From assembly GCA_963575745.1 (NCBI GenBank), contig CAUYUJ010000259.1, positions 434,001-498,000 of the forward strand: DNA of 64,000 nucleotides, given 5' to 3'. The notes beneath the pieces were generated by a model. That model ran no database searches, was not told the origin of the DNA, and worked only from the letters and a program-made list of their open reading frames with translations. The translations under genes and the position numbers were made by a program. Positions 25,861 through 39,199 of this stretch are shown piece after piece (within the stretch, counting starts at the first letter, position 1; the number at the start of each line of letters is the position of its first letter). This DNA is from Prorocentrum cordatum. Its lineage: Eukaryota.

Positions 25861-26587
25861 TGGCTCTTGGGCCCCTCTGAGGCCCCAGGAACGGCCTCAC
25901 GGGGCCCCAAGGCAGCTCCAAGAGGCCACCGAGACGGCTCCCGGGATTCAAGATTTGCGCCAGACGCGCTCGAACCTAATTATTGGCGGGTCCAAAACAG
26001 GGGACTTCACATTGGCCTTCTATCGAAGCAGAAACGCCATCAAACTAACCTTTTGGCGCTCCGCGCGGATTTCTTGGATCGGCGCTGCCCCCCCCCCCTG
26101 GCGGCGCCTCTGGCGCCGCCCCTGGCGCGTTCCGCGCGTCGGGCACGGGGTCTGGTGGAGATCCGAGAAGTCCGCGCGGACCTCCAAAAGTTTATGTCTA
26201 TGTGGCGCTCTGTTCGTCTAGAGCCTCCCGGTGGGTCCAAGACAAGGGACTTCTCACCGGCCTTCTACGACGGCGATGGCCTCGCCCTGAGACCTCTTGT
26301 AGTTTTGAGTCGGGCATGCCCTCTACAGCAGGAAATTCAGAACTGGTCCAATTAGCCGACGCGGAGGTCCCCATATGTGCATCTCATTTTGATGGCATGC
26401 TTCGGTAGAAGGCATTGTCCTTGTCAATATCTGAGTGCCAGCGAATTCATGTGGAAGACGAAGCCGAGAGAGACGCCGACGACTACGACGATTTTAACTA
26501 GTTGCTTCCTCCGTTTCTTCTCCTCCTCCTTCTCCTCCTCCTCCTCTTGCTCCTTCTTTTCCTCTGAACACCTGTCAGGGCGCCGAA

Positions 26588-27036
26588 ACCTGCTCCGAAG
26601 GAGAAGAATGTTGAGCACCGAAACAAGCAAACCGCTTGAGACATCCCCCCAATCTGGGCGCGAACGGGCCCGCGATATACCCCCTAGCGCCCCCCCTTGG
26701 GAGTGCTGAAACCAGCACCTCGCCTGAGACATCCTCGGAAACTGCTCCGAAAGATAAGGATGTTGGGCACCGAAACAGGCAAACCGCCTGAGACATCCTC
26801 CCAATCTGGGCGCGAACGGGCCCGTGATATACCCCCTAGCGCCCCCCCTTGGGAGTGCTGAAACCAGCGCCTCGCCTGAGACATCCTCGGAAACTGCTCC
26901 GAAAGAGAAGGATGTTGGGCACCGAAACAGGCAAACCGCCTGAGACCCCCCTCCAATCTGTGCGCGAGCGGGCCCCTATACCCCCTAGCGCCCCCGTTTG
27001 GGAGTGCTGAAACCAGCGCCTCGCCTAAGACATCCT
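26588..27036. repeat. ~152-bp tandem repeat x3
   Basis: ATGTTG(A/G)GCACCGAAAC recurs at 26608, 26760 and 26912; a partial further copy lies at ~28065-28170. Confidence 0.9.
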
Positions 27037-28175
27037 GACAACGTGTGTGTGTGTGTGTGAGTCTGAGCGCGGAAGTACCAGGACTGTGAGTGAGTCTGCA
27101 CATGAGTGATCCCGGGCATGAGAAACCTGAGCATCAGGAATCTACGAGCAAGTGCATCTGAGTATGAGTGAGTCTGAATATGAGGGAGTCTACATGTGAG
27201 TGAGTCAGAGAATGATGGCCTGATGGTGGGAGGCGTGTTCTCTCTCGCGTGCCGCGCGGTTTAAGTAATAATTATTCACTGCGTGCAGCTCCCCATATGT
27301 GCATCTATTCGCATGGACCTGTCCGCCGTGAGTGTCTGGGCGCAAGAGTTTTCGAATCTAAGCGGGCTTGAGTTGTGACGGTCTGGTCATGATCGAACTC
27401 CGAATGAATTGAAGTGTGAATGAGTCTCAGTAGTACGAGCGCGTCTCTGCGCATGAGCCTGGGGCCTCCTGGGGCCTCCTGAAACCTCCTGGGGCTTCCT
27501 GGAGCCTCCAGGAGCCTCTTGGGGCCTCTTGGGGCCTCTTGGGGCCTCTTCGGGCTTCGAGTGGCCCCCTGAGGCCTCCCGGGGCCTCCTGAAGCCTCTT
27601 GGGACCTCCTAGGGAGGATTCGTGCCCCAGGAGAGGCCCAATCTACAGGAACAGACGTACATAACACATTACGTATTGGAGCCACAGGAGAAGGGCAATC
27701 TACAGGAACACACGTAAAACACCAAGGACTCGTGCCCCAGCGAAGGCCCAATCTACAGGAATATACGTACACCATCCAGGAATGTACACACAGGTGAAGG
27801 ACAATCTACAGAAACATACGTATAACATCAAAGATTCGTGCTCCAGGTGAGGCCCAATATATAGAAGCATACGTAAATCACACGGGATTGGAGCCACCTC
27901 TGTTGCCTTCTGAGGCCTCCTGCTCGTGGGGCATCTCGGGGCCTCCTGTTGCCTTCCGGGGCCTCCTGGCGCTTCCTGTGGCATATTCGGGGCCTCCTGT
28001 GGCTTCCTGAGGCCTCCTGTGGCTTCCTGAGGCCTCCTGGAGCTTCCTGGGGCCTCCTGGAGAGGATGTTTGGCATGCTTACTGGCAAACCGCTCGAGAC
28101 ATCCCCGCAATCTGGGCGCGAACAAAGGCCGTGAGATACCCTTGGCGGACCCCCTTTAGGAGACGCCTCGCACGA

Positions 28176-28850
28176 CGACACCGCCACTGTGGCAGTAGGT
28201 GGAGCTCCCTATGGAGCCACGAAGCGCGGTGCTGGGTGGGGGAGACTCATGTGGACACCGCCTCGGGGGCCTTAGGTGGAGCTTCCTATTGGGCCACGAA
28301 ACGCTGTGCTGGGTGGGGGAGACGCATGTGGACACCGCCACTGGGGCATTCAGTAGAGCTCCCTGTGGGGCCACGAAGCGCCGTGCTGGGTGGGGGAGAC
28401 GCATGTGGACACCGCCACTGGGGCCTTAGATGGAGCTCCCTATGGGGCCACGACGCGCCGTGCTGGGTGGGGGAGACGCATGTGGACACCGCTTCTGGGG
28501 CCTTAGTTCGAGCACCCCATGCGGCCACGAAGCGCGGTGCTGGGTGGGGAAGGCGCGTGTGGACACCCCCATTGGGGCCTTTGGTGGAGCTCCCTATGGG
28601 GCCACGACGCGGAGGCGCATGTGGACATCGCCACCGGGGCCTTACATGGAGCTCCCTATGAGGCCACGACGCGCCGTGCTGGGTGGGGGAGACGCATGTG
28701 GACACCGCCACTGGGGCCTTACATGGAGCTCCCTGTGGGGCGACAAAGCGCCGTGCTGGGCGGGGGAGACGCATGTGGACACCGCCACTGGGACCTTAGG
28801 TGGAGCTCCCAATGGGTCTACGAAACACTGTGCTGGGTGGGGGAGATGTT
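28176..28850. repeat. 77-bp tandem minisatellite, ~9 copies
   Basis: GTGCTGGGTGGGG recurs at 28229, 28306, 28383, 28460 and 28537, then after one unit with an internal deletion at 28676, 28753 and 28830. Confidence 0.93.
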
Positions 28851-30227
28851 CACGAAGACATGCGAATTGCAGAGGCAAGGGATTGAAGAAGGGAGCAGGG
28901 GGAGGAGGAAGGAAGGAAGGAAGGAAGGAAGGAAGGCGGGGACCATCTCTTCAAAACGAGGACCGAACACCACCTTTTGTTCGTCCAGCAGCCCTGGGTG
29001 CAAGCACCCCTCAGTGCAAGCCGTCTTCGAGCGCTGCGCCGCGATCCTCCTGCTCCCCCCCCCCGTCCCCCAGAGCGGCCCTGACACGACCTGACCCGCT
29101 CCGCGTCCGCCCCTGGAGCGGCATCGCTCCTCCCTCCCTCTGCCCACGGTTCCCGAGATCCGACGCCGCGAAAAGTTTGCACCATCACGACATGTCACGA
29201 CGGGATCCCGAGGCCCAATATTTCCTCTGTGTTCTCACACCCCCTCGAAGAATGATAAAATTCACGACGGGAGGTTTTTCGCCATTTTCGGCCTTGGGGG
29301 CTCGTCCCAGGCCTCCGGACAGCCAAACAACGATTCGGGATGAAGCACCGGTCCCGGGGAAGAGGTCGAAACCTCTGCAGGGGTACGATCATGACGTCGG
29401 GTGTCGGGGTTTTCCGAGTCGCAGCCCGAGCTGTGATGGCCCCCGGGCTCGACGCCAGGCGGAGACCCCGGCGTGGCAAAATTGCAACACCCAGATCTCC
29501 GAAGGAGGAGGAGCAGGAGGGGGAGGAGGAGGAGGAGGAGGAGCAGGAGGAGCAGGAGGAGGAGGAGGAGGAGGAGGAGGAGGGGGAGGAGGAGGAGGAG
29601 GAGGAGCAGGAGCAGGAGGAGGAGGAGGAGGAGGAGGAGGAGAGGAAGGAGGAGGAGGAGGAGGAGGAGGAGGAGGAGGAGAGGGAGAAGCGCGCAAGAC
29701 TGCCCTCCGCCCCTCGATCTTCGAACCTCGATCCTTGGACTCCGACATGTCCCAGGACGGTGTCCTTGGATCCGTCTCGCTTTCTGCAATACGGTGTCCC
29801 TGGAAGTCCCGAACCGTTCCCCAGGACCAGCCTTCATCTTGAGCTGCTGGTTGGACCGTCCCAGGACCCGGCAGAGGACGAAAACGGCCAACAGGCGCCC
29901 GCCCCCAAAAAGGCTCACACCGACGCAAGCATGTTTGGGACTGGGTCCCCGTGTTGCTAGAAGTGCCCATGGCCCAAGGTGCCCTCACGATTTCCGAGGA
30001 GGCCCCGACGTTCTTCAGAGCACCCCTCACGAGGCTCGGGGGGCCCCAGGGGCTCCAAAGGAGGAGGAGGAGGAGGAGGAGGACGAGGACGAGGAGGAGG
30101 AGGAGCGGCACTCGAGCAAGCATGTCAGATGCACAGCCCTGTGCAGGGCATGGGTGGACAATGAATCTACCAGCCAGACAAATCATTATAACATATGACC
30201 AGACTTGGGGATTGGTCAGTATCGTCT

Positions 30228-30390
30228 AACCGATCCCCATCCTTATCCCCTTCGAGACCCCCACCCAAATTTCCACCCCGGTTGGGGATACACCCCTCGA
30301 AACCCGAAGGGAACGGCCTATATCCCCATCTAGGGGGGTAAGTCGGCCAGTGGGGCCCAGCCCACGCCGCTGGGGATGGGCATCGGCTAA
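30228..30390. mobile_element. MITE-like family D (~165 bp)
   Basis: Ends ACCGATCCCCATCC ... GGATGGG(G/C)ATCGG with a conserved core CCCGAAGGGAACGGCC. Copies at 12436-12602 and 62206-62377. Confidence 0.8.
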
Positions 30391-30692
30391 ACGATACTTA
30401 TTTGGGGCCAACAGTATGTGCCTTCAACTTGGAGAAGAAGGGAATGAAAGGGGCCTCAACTTGGGACAGCTGGGTGCACCTTGGACCCAGTGCACCTTCT
30501 AACAATCCCCGACCCTCGAGTAGGGGATCGACTGCAGAATTGATTTACCCCAGAATTGAACTTCTCTTCCTCGAGTAGGGGATCAACTACAGAAGTGATT
30601 CTCCCAAACATTGATCTTCTCTTCGAGCCTGTTAGGTCCACATCGAGTGCTCCGCAGGTCTACGGAACAGAATGCTACGTATTTTTGTTCGT

Positions 30693-30880
30693 ACAGTGGG
30701 GACCCATGCCAAGAGACACCCCGCTTGCCGCCAGGGTGCCCTGGGGGTCCTGGGTTCCGATGGTTTTTCGATAGAAAGCGTAGCGCTCCCAGACTCAAAA
30801 GTCCATGGACGTCGTCCTGGGGTCTCAGACTTGGACCTTGGACCTTCTGTGGAAGGTCTCTTGTGGACTGGCCTCCACTG
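30693..30880. mobile_element. MITE-like family F (~170-190 bp)
   Basis: CAGTGGGGACCCATGCCAAGA ... GTGGACTGGCCTCCACTG. Copies at 61977-62140 and a tandem pair at ~63436-63610 and 63608-63783. Confidence 0.8.
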
Positions 30881-32719
30881 CGGGCTTAGCGGGGAATCGG
30901 TCTTGGAGCGAGTCAGTCCAGTAGTCGACCCCCCTGCTCAGGGCCCACCCTCGCGAGCGGGAGCAGGGCTGCCCCAGCCCCGTGACTGCGCAGGCTTGCA
31001 GCGCCGGCTGCGGCTGCTCGGCGCCCCCCGGGCCCGAGGACACCCGCCGCGGGCCGGGCCCCTCTGGCGGCGCGAGGCCTCCCCCCTTTGGGCGAGCGCG
31101 GAGCGGCGCGCTCCAGGCCCCGCTCGGAGGCGGCTCGAGGCTCGAGGCCCTCCTCGAGGAGGAGGAGGAAAAGGAGGTGGAGGAGGAGGAGGAGGAGGAG
31201 GAGAAGGAGGAGGAGAGAGGAGAGAGGAGAGAGGAGGAGGAGGAGGAGGAGAGAGGAGAGAGGAGAGAGAGAGAGAAGAGAGGAGGAGGAGGAGGAGGAG
31301 GAGGAGGAGGAGGAGGAGGAGGAGGAGGAGGAGGGCGAGAACAAGTGGCACGCGTGCCCTCGCTCTTGCACAAAGGAGCTGCGAAGGACTGGAGGCCCGG
31401 CCCAGGGGGGCTGCCCTGGGAAGCCTGGACGGAGGGAGGGTTCCAAGGGAGGGTGGCCCAGGGGAGCTGGGGCTCAGGCTCAGGGGAGAGGCCGATGGGC
31501 ACGAACCACCACGAACCACGAACCACGAACCACGACGAAAAAAAAAATGTCCGAGCTCTAGAGCACAGCTGTGCAAGAGAATTAAGGATGAGTACGAGCG
31601 CTGGGAGTAGCAGCAGCGCTGCGACCAGCGACGAACGCCCCGACCGGAGGAGGTTCGAGGCCTCCTGCGCGCCGCCAACGTCGGGCGGCCACGGCCGCGA
31701 GCGGCGACGGGGATTGGCACGAGTGGCGCCGAATTGCACGGAGGGCGCGGAGCTAGCGGCGGCGGCGGCGAGCGGCGGGCGGCCGCTCGGGCCGTCGGGG
31801 CTACCCATAGCAGGTCAGGCAGAGGTGTCCTTGGGGAGCAGGGGGACGAACAATGACATAAGCATGAGAGCTCGGAGGTCCGCGCCGATCCGAGAAGTCC
31901 GCGCGGGCCTCCGAGTTGTTCTGTTTACGTGATTGTCCGTCCTCCCAGGGGAAGCTGTCGGGGGCGTCCGAGAGTCAGATGTCGAGCAGAGGCGGAACGC
32001 CCTGTCTTTTCCCATCGGCCCCCAACGAGTGCTCTGAGAGCCCCTTGTGGGTTGCACGATCGATTCAGGACGGCTGGTCCCTGCTCAAAGATGGGCGACG
32101 GAACAAAAACGCGGGCGCACATGGCGCCCACATTGGCGCGTCATTGAGCTCCCCGCGTAACGTCGCGCGTGAGCGCCCTCGCCTCCAACGTGGTGTGCCG
32201 CGCTGGCGGCTCCCGCGTGAGCTGCGGCGTAGGGTTGCTGTGCCAGTTCGCGTGGGAACCGTCTGTGGTTGTCGCTCAGGTGTTCGATCTGGGGACCTTT
32301 TCTGGGGCCACCTAACGAGCTGTTCGACTCTAGCTCGAGTCCTAGATCGGCTGCAAGTTTGGCTCAAGTTCGAGTCAAGCTCGACTCGAGTTCGACTCAT
32401 GTTCCACTCAAGTCCGACCTAGGTCGACGGACGTTCGACACAGCATCGAAGCATGAGTGGAGCGAATGGCTCCAGGAAGGTCCCCAGAACGAGCGCTTTG
32501 ACAAGACTGGGGGTCATGACTGATGATTGTACTTTCTACAGTCGAAATCGATGGTAAGGATCAGTATCCTACCAAGGGTACCCTGGCATTCGTGCCTCTT
32601 TGGTCCGTCTTTGGCCACTTTCGATGGTCCGCCTTGCCAGAAAAAGCTTCAACGCGGGCGTTCAACGATTCGCCTTGCACGTGCGACCCGTATTACTTCG
32701 ACGATTCTGTCTTATTCTA

Positions 32720-32819
32720 CTATCACTACGACGGCTAAGACTAGTGCCACTACGGCTATTCCAGCAAACGCAACACGTATTACTACTACTACTACGTCTA
32801 ATCTTGCGATTAATATTAT

Positions 32820-32851
<32 letters not shown>

Positions 32852-32867
32852 CTACGACTACTACTAC

Positions 32868-32943
<76 letters not shown>

Positions 32944-32953
32944 GCTACTACTG

Positions 32954-32993
<40 letters not shown>

Positions 32994-32996
32994 GAG

Positions 32997-33028
<32 letters not shown>

Positions 33029-33213
33029 TTACTTCTACTACTTTATTTCTTCTTATACTACCATTAGCACCGCTACTACGACTACTACTATTACTACTAC
33101 TACTGCTACTGCTACTACTGCTCCTACTACTACTACTACTACCATTACTACCGCTACTACTACTACCATTACTACCGCTACTACGACTACTACTATTACT
33201 ACTACTACTACTG

Positions 33214-33251
<38 letters not shown>

Positions 33252-33350
33252 GCTACTACTGCTACTACTACTACTACTACTACTACTTTATCTTTTCTTC
33301 TACTACCATTCGCACCGCTACTACGACTACTACTATTACTACTACTACTG

Positions 33351-33388
<38 letters not shown>

Positions 33389-33626
33389 GCTACTACTGCT
33401 ACTACTGCTACTGCTACTGCTACTACTACTACTACGACTGCGACTACGACTGCTACTACTACTTGCATTTCTGCTACGCGTTCTTCGGCAACTACGATTG
33501 CTACGATTACTAGTACCACGACGGCAACGAATACCACTACGACGTACTACTACTACTACTACTACTGCTACTACTACTACTGCTACTACTACTACTACTA
33601 CTAGTACGACTTGTATGCTTTACTAG

Positions 33627-33665
<39 letters not shown>

Positions 33666-33999
33666 AACGACTACTACTACTTCTACTACCACTACTACCA
33701 CTACGACTACTACTACTATTACTACTACTACTACCACCTATTCTATGACCACTACTAGCCCTGGACGGCGACTACGGCGGCGACTCTACGACCCTTCTCA
33801 CCAGTGCTACTACTATGACTACTACTAATACTACGGCTGCTACTACTATTACTACGACTACGACTTCAACTACATATCACCATTACGTCTACTACGACCA
33901 CTACTACGACGACTGCACCAGCCCGATGCGTGTCTGTTTATTTCTACAGCTACTACTACTAATACTACAACAACTACTACTTTTACTACTACTACTACG

Positions 34000-34031
<32 letters not shown>

Positions 34032-34284
34032 ACTACTACTACGACTACTACTACTGCAACTCGCTTTTCTATTACTACTACAACCACTACCACTCCTTCT
34101 ACGACTACTACTATTATTACTACGATTACCACTACTACGACTACTACTACCACTACTACTACTTTTACTACTACTACTTCTATTGCTACTATTACTACTG
34201 CTCCTACTATTCTTACAACTACTCTTATTTGTACGACTACGACTACTACTACTACTACTACTACTACTACCACTACTACTATTA

Positions 34285-34327
<43 letters not shown>

Positions 34328-34328
34328 A

Positions 34329-34375
<47 letters not shown>

Positions 34376-34385
34376 CTACTACTAC

Positions 34386-34426
<41 letters not shown>

Positions 34427-34603
34427 GCTGCTGCGACGACCTCCGCTACTAGTGCTACTGCTACGGCTTCCCCTATCAGTACTCCGATTGTTATTAGTAT
34501 TATTTTGATGTCAGTACTATTATTATTACTCTTATCACTGCTACCACGATCGCCAGTGCTACTGCTAGTACTAACACCGTTATCCCTTGTATGTCCACTA
34601 TTA

Positions 34604-34642
<39 letters not shown>

Positions 34643-34782
34643 CTACTCCTACTCCTACTTCTACTTCTACTTCTACTTCCACGATTACTACTGCTACTAT
34701 GACTAATACTACGAATATTCCTACTCCAGTTACTACTGCTACTACTGCTGCTGCTGCTACTACTACTATTACTACCACTACT

Positions 34783-34826
<44 letters not shown>

Positions 34827-34926
34827 TACTACTACTACTACTACGACTGTTACGATTACCACCAGTGTCAATACTACTACTGCTACCCCTACTACGAGTA
34901 CTTCTACTAGTACTACTACTACAATA

Positions 34927-34973
<47 letters not shown>

Positions 34974-35045
34974 GGCAACAACTACTACTACTACTACTAC
35001 TACTACTACCACTAGTAGTACTACTACTACTACTCGTACTACTCG

Positions 35046-35098
<53 letters not shown>

Positions 35099-35267
35099 TG
35101 GCATCGACTGCGGCTACGACTGCTACTAGTGTTAGTTTTATTTCTACTACTAATATTATTATTGCTAGTTCTACTTCGGCGACGACGACGACTACTACTA
35201 CGACTACGACTACGACTACTACTACTACTACTACTACTACTACGACGATTCTTCTTACTACTACGAT

Positions 35268-35327
<60 letters not shown>

Positions 35328-35345
35328 GACTACTACTACTACTCT

Positions 35346-35394
<49 letters not shown>

Positions 35395-35400
35395 GCTGCG
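32720..35400. repeat. Large (TAC)n degenerate array upstream of msrB exon 1
   Basis: Directly visible. Confidence 0.97.
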
Positions 35401-35808
35401 ACTTATTCTTCTTCTGTGACGGTCCCTGCTACGGTAACATCGACAACGGAGTTTCGGAAGGGGGGGGGCCTCCCGCGGCGCTCAGGACGTCTGGTGGGCG
35501 AACCTGTCGTCCGCGGCGCGCGACCTCGAGCGGGGCCTCCTGGGCACGGCAATTCCTGCCCTTCTTGTCGCCGCCGCCGTCCTCGTCGTTGTGGTCGCCG
35601 TCGGTCGTCGCCTTTGCCGCCGCCGTCGTCGTCCGCATCGCCGCCGTTATGCCATCTTCATCGCAACCGTTGTCGCCGCAGCCGCCACTGCCGCCGCCAC
35701 CAGCAGCCGTCGCCCTCGCCGTCGCCGCAACCATCGCAGCTGGCGTCGGCGTGTCAGTCGTCGTTGCGGTCCGACCCCCGCGGCATTGCGCGGGAGGGGC
35801 CCTCCCAG

Positions 35809-35858
35809 GCTGGCAAAAGCGCTTGGCGCCTGAGCAGTTCCGCGTGCTGCGGCGGAAG
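35809..35858 (+). CDS. msrB: MsrB internal exon 1 (phase-1 start): xWQKRLAPEQFRVLRRK
   Basis: Acceptor cccag|GC at 35807-35808 and donor AAG|gc at 35859. The peptide matches the MsrB N-terminal helix motif W..(R/K)L(S/T)PEQF.VLR.K. Confidence 0.88.
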
Positions 35859-37169
35859 GCCTCCCGGTCGAGCGGCCCGGCAGGCGTCGTCGTCGTCGTC
35901 TTCGGGGGCCTCAGTGGTGGTGTTCGGATGCTGTCGGGGGCGTCTTCCGTTGTTGTCGCCGTCGTGGCCGTATTCGTCATCGTCACGTCGCTGTCGTTGC
36001 TTTGGTTGCCGTTGCTCGTCCTAGAGAGGCCTCGTCGCCATAGCCGGGTTCTCCCCGAGGTTCTTGTCGGGACACACCCCGACAGAGATTTGGGGAGAAG
36101 CGGTCATTGGTATCTTGTTGTTGCCCACCCAGTCGCCGCCGTCTTCGAAGGGTGGATCAGGATGGAGGGGGAAGAAAAAGGATGGGATGATGGAGAAGGA
36201 ACGGGGTCAGACGAGAGGGCGGGGGGGATCGGGAGAGAGGGGAGCGGGAGGAGAAGGACGAGGAGGAGGAGGAGGAGGACGGGGAGGAGGAGGAGGAGGA
36301 GGAGGAGGAGGAGGGGAGAGAGGAGGAGGAGGAGGAGGAGGAGAGGAGGAGGAGGAGGAGGGAGGAGGAGGAGGAGGGGGAGGAGGAGGAGGAGGAGAGG
36401 AGGAGGAGGAGGGGGAGGAGAAGCAGGGGGGAGGAGGGAGGAGGAGGAGGAGGGGGAGGAGGAGGAGGAGGAGGACGAGGAGGAGGAGGCGAAGTCTGCG
36501 GCGTGCAGCTGGTTTCGGTTCTGCCGCCGGGCTCGTTCCTCGATACATGTCGCCCTGGGCGGCGCCGAGAGAACCAGTTTCGGGAGGCTCATTTCCACCC
36601 CCACTTGGCTGTGCCCTTTTTCGTCCAACCTGCAGGGAGGGGGGCTCTTTCCCTCCGTCCTGCCCCCCCCCATACCTCCTCGTTCTCACTCTCTTGTCAT
36701 CGTCCTCCTCCCTCCCCCTCATCTTTTTCCTCTGTCTCTTGCCCCTCCTCCATTTCCTCCTCCCTCCTACACATCCTGCGCTCTCAAGCAGCAGGATCTT
36801 CTGCACTGTTGTTGTGTGCCGTGCGTGTGGTCAGTGCTCTTAGAGCACCATGAAAACTACAAGGATAATGTCAGAAGCGCTTTCAAGGGCAGTTTCTCTA
36901 AGGGAACGGGCACTTTTGGCATCAGGCCGACATCGACAACGCGGCTGGAAAGCCGCAAGCCGCCTGTCCCGCCCAATTTCCGCTGCAAGGCTCTTCAACG
37001 AAGGGGCGCGGCGCGTGACGCAGCGGCCGAAGCAGCAGAGGAGAGGTGATGCAACCAGGCCATCGGAGCCTGCGGTATCGGGTTGGGTCGGGTCGGCCAA
37101 TCCTTTGCCCCCCCCTTCAGCATGTGTGAGTCATCCTCTTTCCCGGCGCTTGGCCCTATCCCTCGGCAG

Positions 37170-37247
37170 GGTACGGAGGAGATTCATTCGGGAGAGTACA
37201 ACGACCACTTCGAGAAGGGCACGTACCACTGCAGCGGGTGCGGCCAG
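37170..37247 (+). CDS. msrB: MsrB exon 2: GTEEIHSGEYNDHFEKGTYHCSGCGQ (first Zn-binding CxxC)
   Basis: 78 nt, phase 0-0. Acceptor gcag|GGT, donor CAG|gc. Contains the GTE...GEY....E.G.Y.C..CG motif. Absent from the ORF track because it is too short. Confidence 0.95.
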
Positions 37248-39199
37248 GCCGCATGAAGATGCGGAACAGGAAGGGAAATTGGATGCGGAGTAGGAGTACC
37301 AGGAGGAGGAGATGGAGGAGGAGGAGGATATGATGCAAAACAATAAAAATAGTGGAAGCTGTGAGGAAGGCTTGCTCCTCTCCTTCTATATCTTCCTCCT
37401 GCTCATTCATCTTCCTCCTCCTCTCTCCTCTTCTTTGTTCTGTTCTCTTCACCTTATTATTTGTCCTCTTTTCGCCTCTCTCCTCTTCACTCCTCGTTTC
37501 GCCTCCTCGCCTCTTCGCCTCATGGGCTACGTACTGAAATATCATCCCCTCTCCTATCTCTCCTCTTCCTCCTCCTTCTCTGTCCTTCTCCCATCGACCT
37601 CATCCACTCCTTGCCCTCACAGCTGACTCCTTTTCTGTCGATCCCCACACATGTCGTTTCGGTAAGGCGGGCTATGCGTTTTGCATTATGTTCCTGAGGC
37701 TTGCAAGTCGCGACAGCTACAGGGATGGTTGGGGGACGTCTCCACAATGAAGCTCTCGCCAGAGCGCCCGAAGTTGCAGCGGTTACAAGGACGGGGACAG
37801 CGTCTCGCACAGCAGAGCGCTTGCAATACTTGCGAGGATGGAGGACAGTTGATTTTCAGCATGGGGACCTCGCTTGAGAATTCATCTTGGCATCGCTCGG
37901 ACGTGTGCATTTTCCCTCGTCGGAGCATCCTGGACCATCGTGCGAACAATACGTGCGCCATCGAATCATTAACAGGGAATGGGCGTCCGAGCGACGGGAA
38001 GCTTGAGACCTCAGACATTTCACACACCAGCATGGAGGGCGGATCTCCTTTGCAAAATGGAGGGTGGCGTCTTCTCAGAGTGGGCTTCCTCGAAGTCCAT
38101 GGCTCGAAGCGCAAGCTTCATCGAGCAGCAATTCCACGGATGGGGGTCGGCTTTTTTGTCAAAATGGGGATCTCGTTGGACACACCATGGAATTGTATAG
38201 TGGTATAGTGGTGCAACGCTCGTTTGTTTGTTTGAATGAGAGTGGACCTTTGTGGCCGCGATGCAAGCAGTTCGTGCACGCCCATCGCCCCCCACTGGCT
38301 TGTCGGAGGCGGCCAAGAGGGGGGTGATGACTAGGGGGGGGATATCCTGGCGTGGGCCATGATACTTCCTCAGATTTCATGGCGCTTCCTCTGATTCCAT
38401 TCCATCCCTAACCCCCCCCACCTGAGGTCCGATGTCGTGACTTTTGTCAATACGGGATCCCTGAAAGTCTCGACCCATTCCCCAGGACCGGTTTTTTTAT
38501 CCCAAGTCGTTTGGTTGACGGCCCCGAATCCCGGCGAAGGCCCCTAGGGGCCAAACTTTGCGAAAAACCTCCGTCTTGATTTTTTCAACACGTTAGATAT
38601 CTGGCCCCCTGGGCCGCGCACGTGAGGCTGGCCACGATTTGCGTCCCCCCCTCTTGGACGCCTCCCCCCTCGTGGCCGCCCCCTGGGACCTAGGCTTGGC
38701 GAGGCAGGCCTGCGCGCCCGGCCTTTCGCATCGGTGTGGGTGTGGTGGTGTGGGCGGGCACCGGCGGCGGCAGGATCCACCTCGATCCGAGCGGTGCGAT
38801 GTCAATTTTCGATCCCAGAGATCCAACGCATTGAAAAAATCAGGACGAAGGTTTCGTCACAGAGGTTTCGGCCTCTGGGAGCCCTTACTGGGCCTCGGGG
38901 CTGTCAAAAAGCACGACCCTGGGCGAGGGGTCGGGATTTCCTGGGACCCCGTATTAAACAAATCACGACATCGGCTCTCTGGGATTCCGGCCGGCCCGAT
39001 CTGTTTGTGGATGTAGTCGGGCCCACTGGGGCCCTTATCCATACCCAATGCACGCTGGGGTCCCACGACGTCGGTTCTACAGGCGGTGGATATTCGCAGG
39101 TGGGTCGTAGATTGTTCCCCCTGCCCCCCCTTCCTCCTCCTCCTCCTCCTCCTCCTCCTCCTCTTCCTCCTCCTCCTCCTCCTCCTCCTCCCATCTAGC

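Noticed and set aside
28176..28850. Regularly spaced repeat resembling a CRISPR array
   Set aside because: The whole 77-bp unit is repeated with no unique spacers, there are no cas genes, and the context is eukaryotic.
32358..32368. TTTGGCTCAAG, matching the 3' end of the dinoflagellate spliced leader (possible relic SL upstream of msrB)
   Set aside because: Only 11 nt match, the upstream CCGTAGCCAT is absent, and it lies in a CTCGA/TCAAG low-complexity patch. The following ATG frame (32453) has no usable donor in the phase needed for msrB exon 1.
36558..36590. GAERTSFG as an alternative msrB GTE exon
   Set aside because: No AG acceptor in the right place, and the 37170 exon supplies a far better GTE...GEY...CxxC match.
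35565..37049. 494-aa ORF as a single-exon gene
   Set aside because: Only 16 codons are msrB exon; the rest is GTC/GCC and GGA low-complexity intron sequence.
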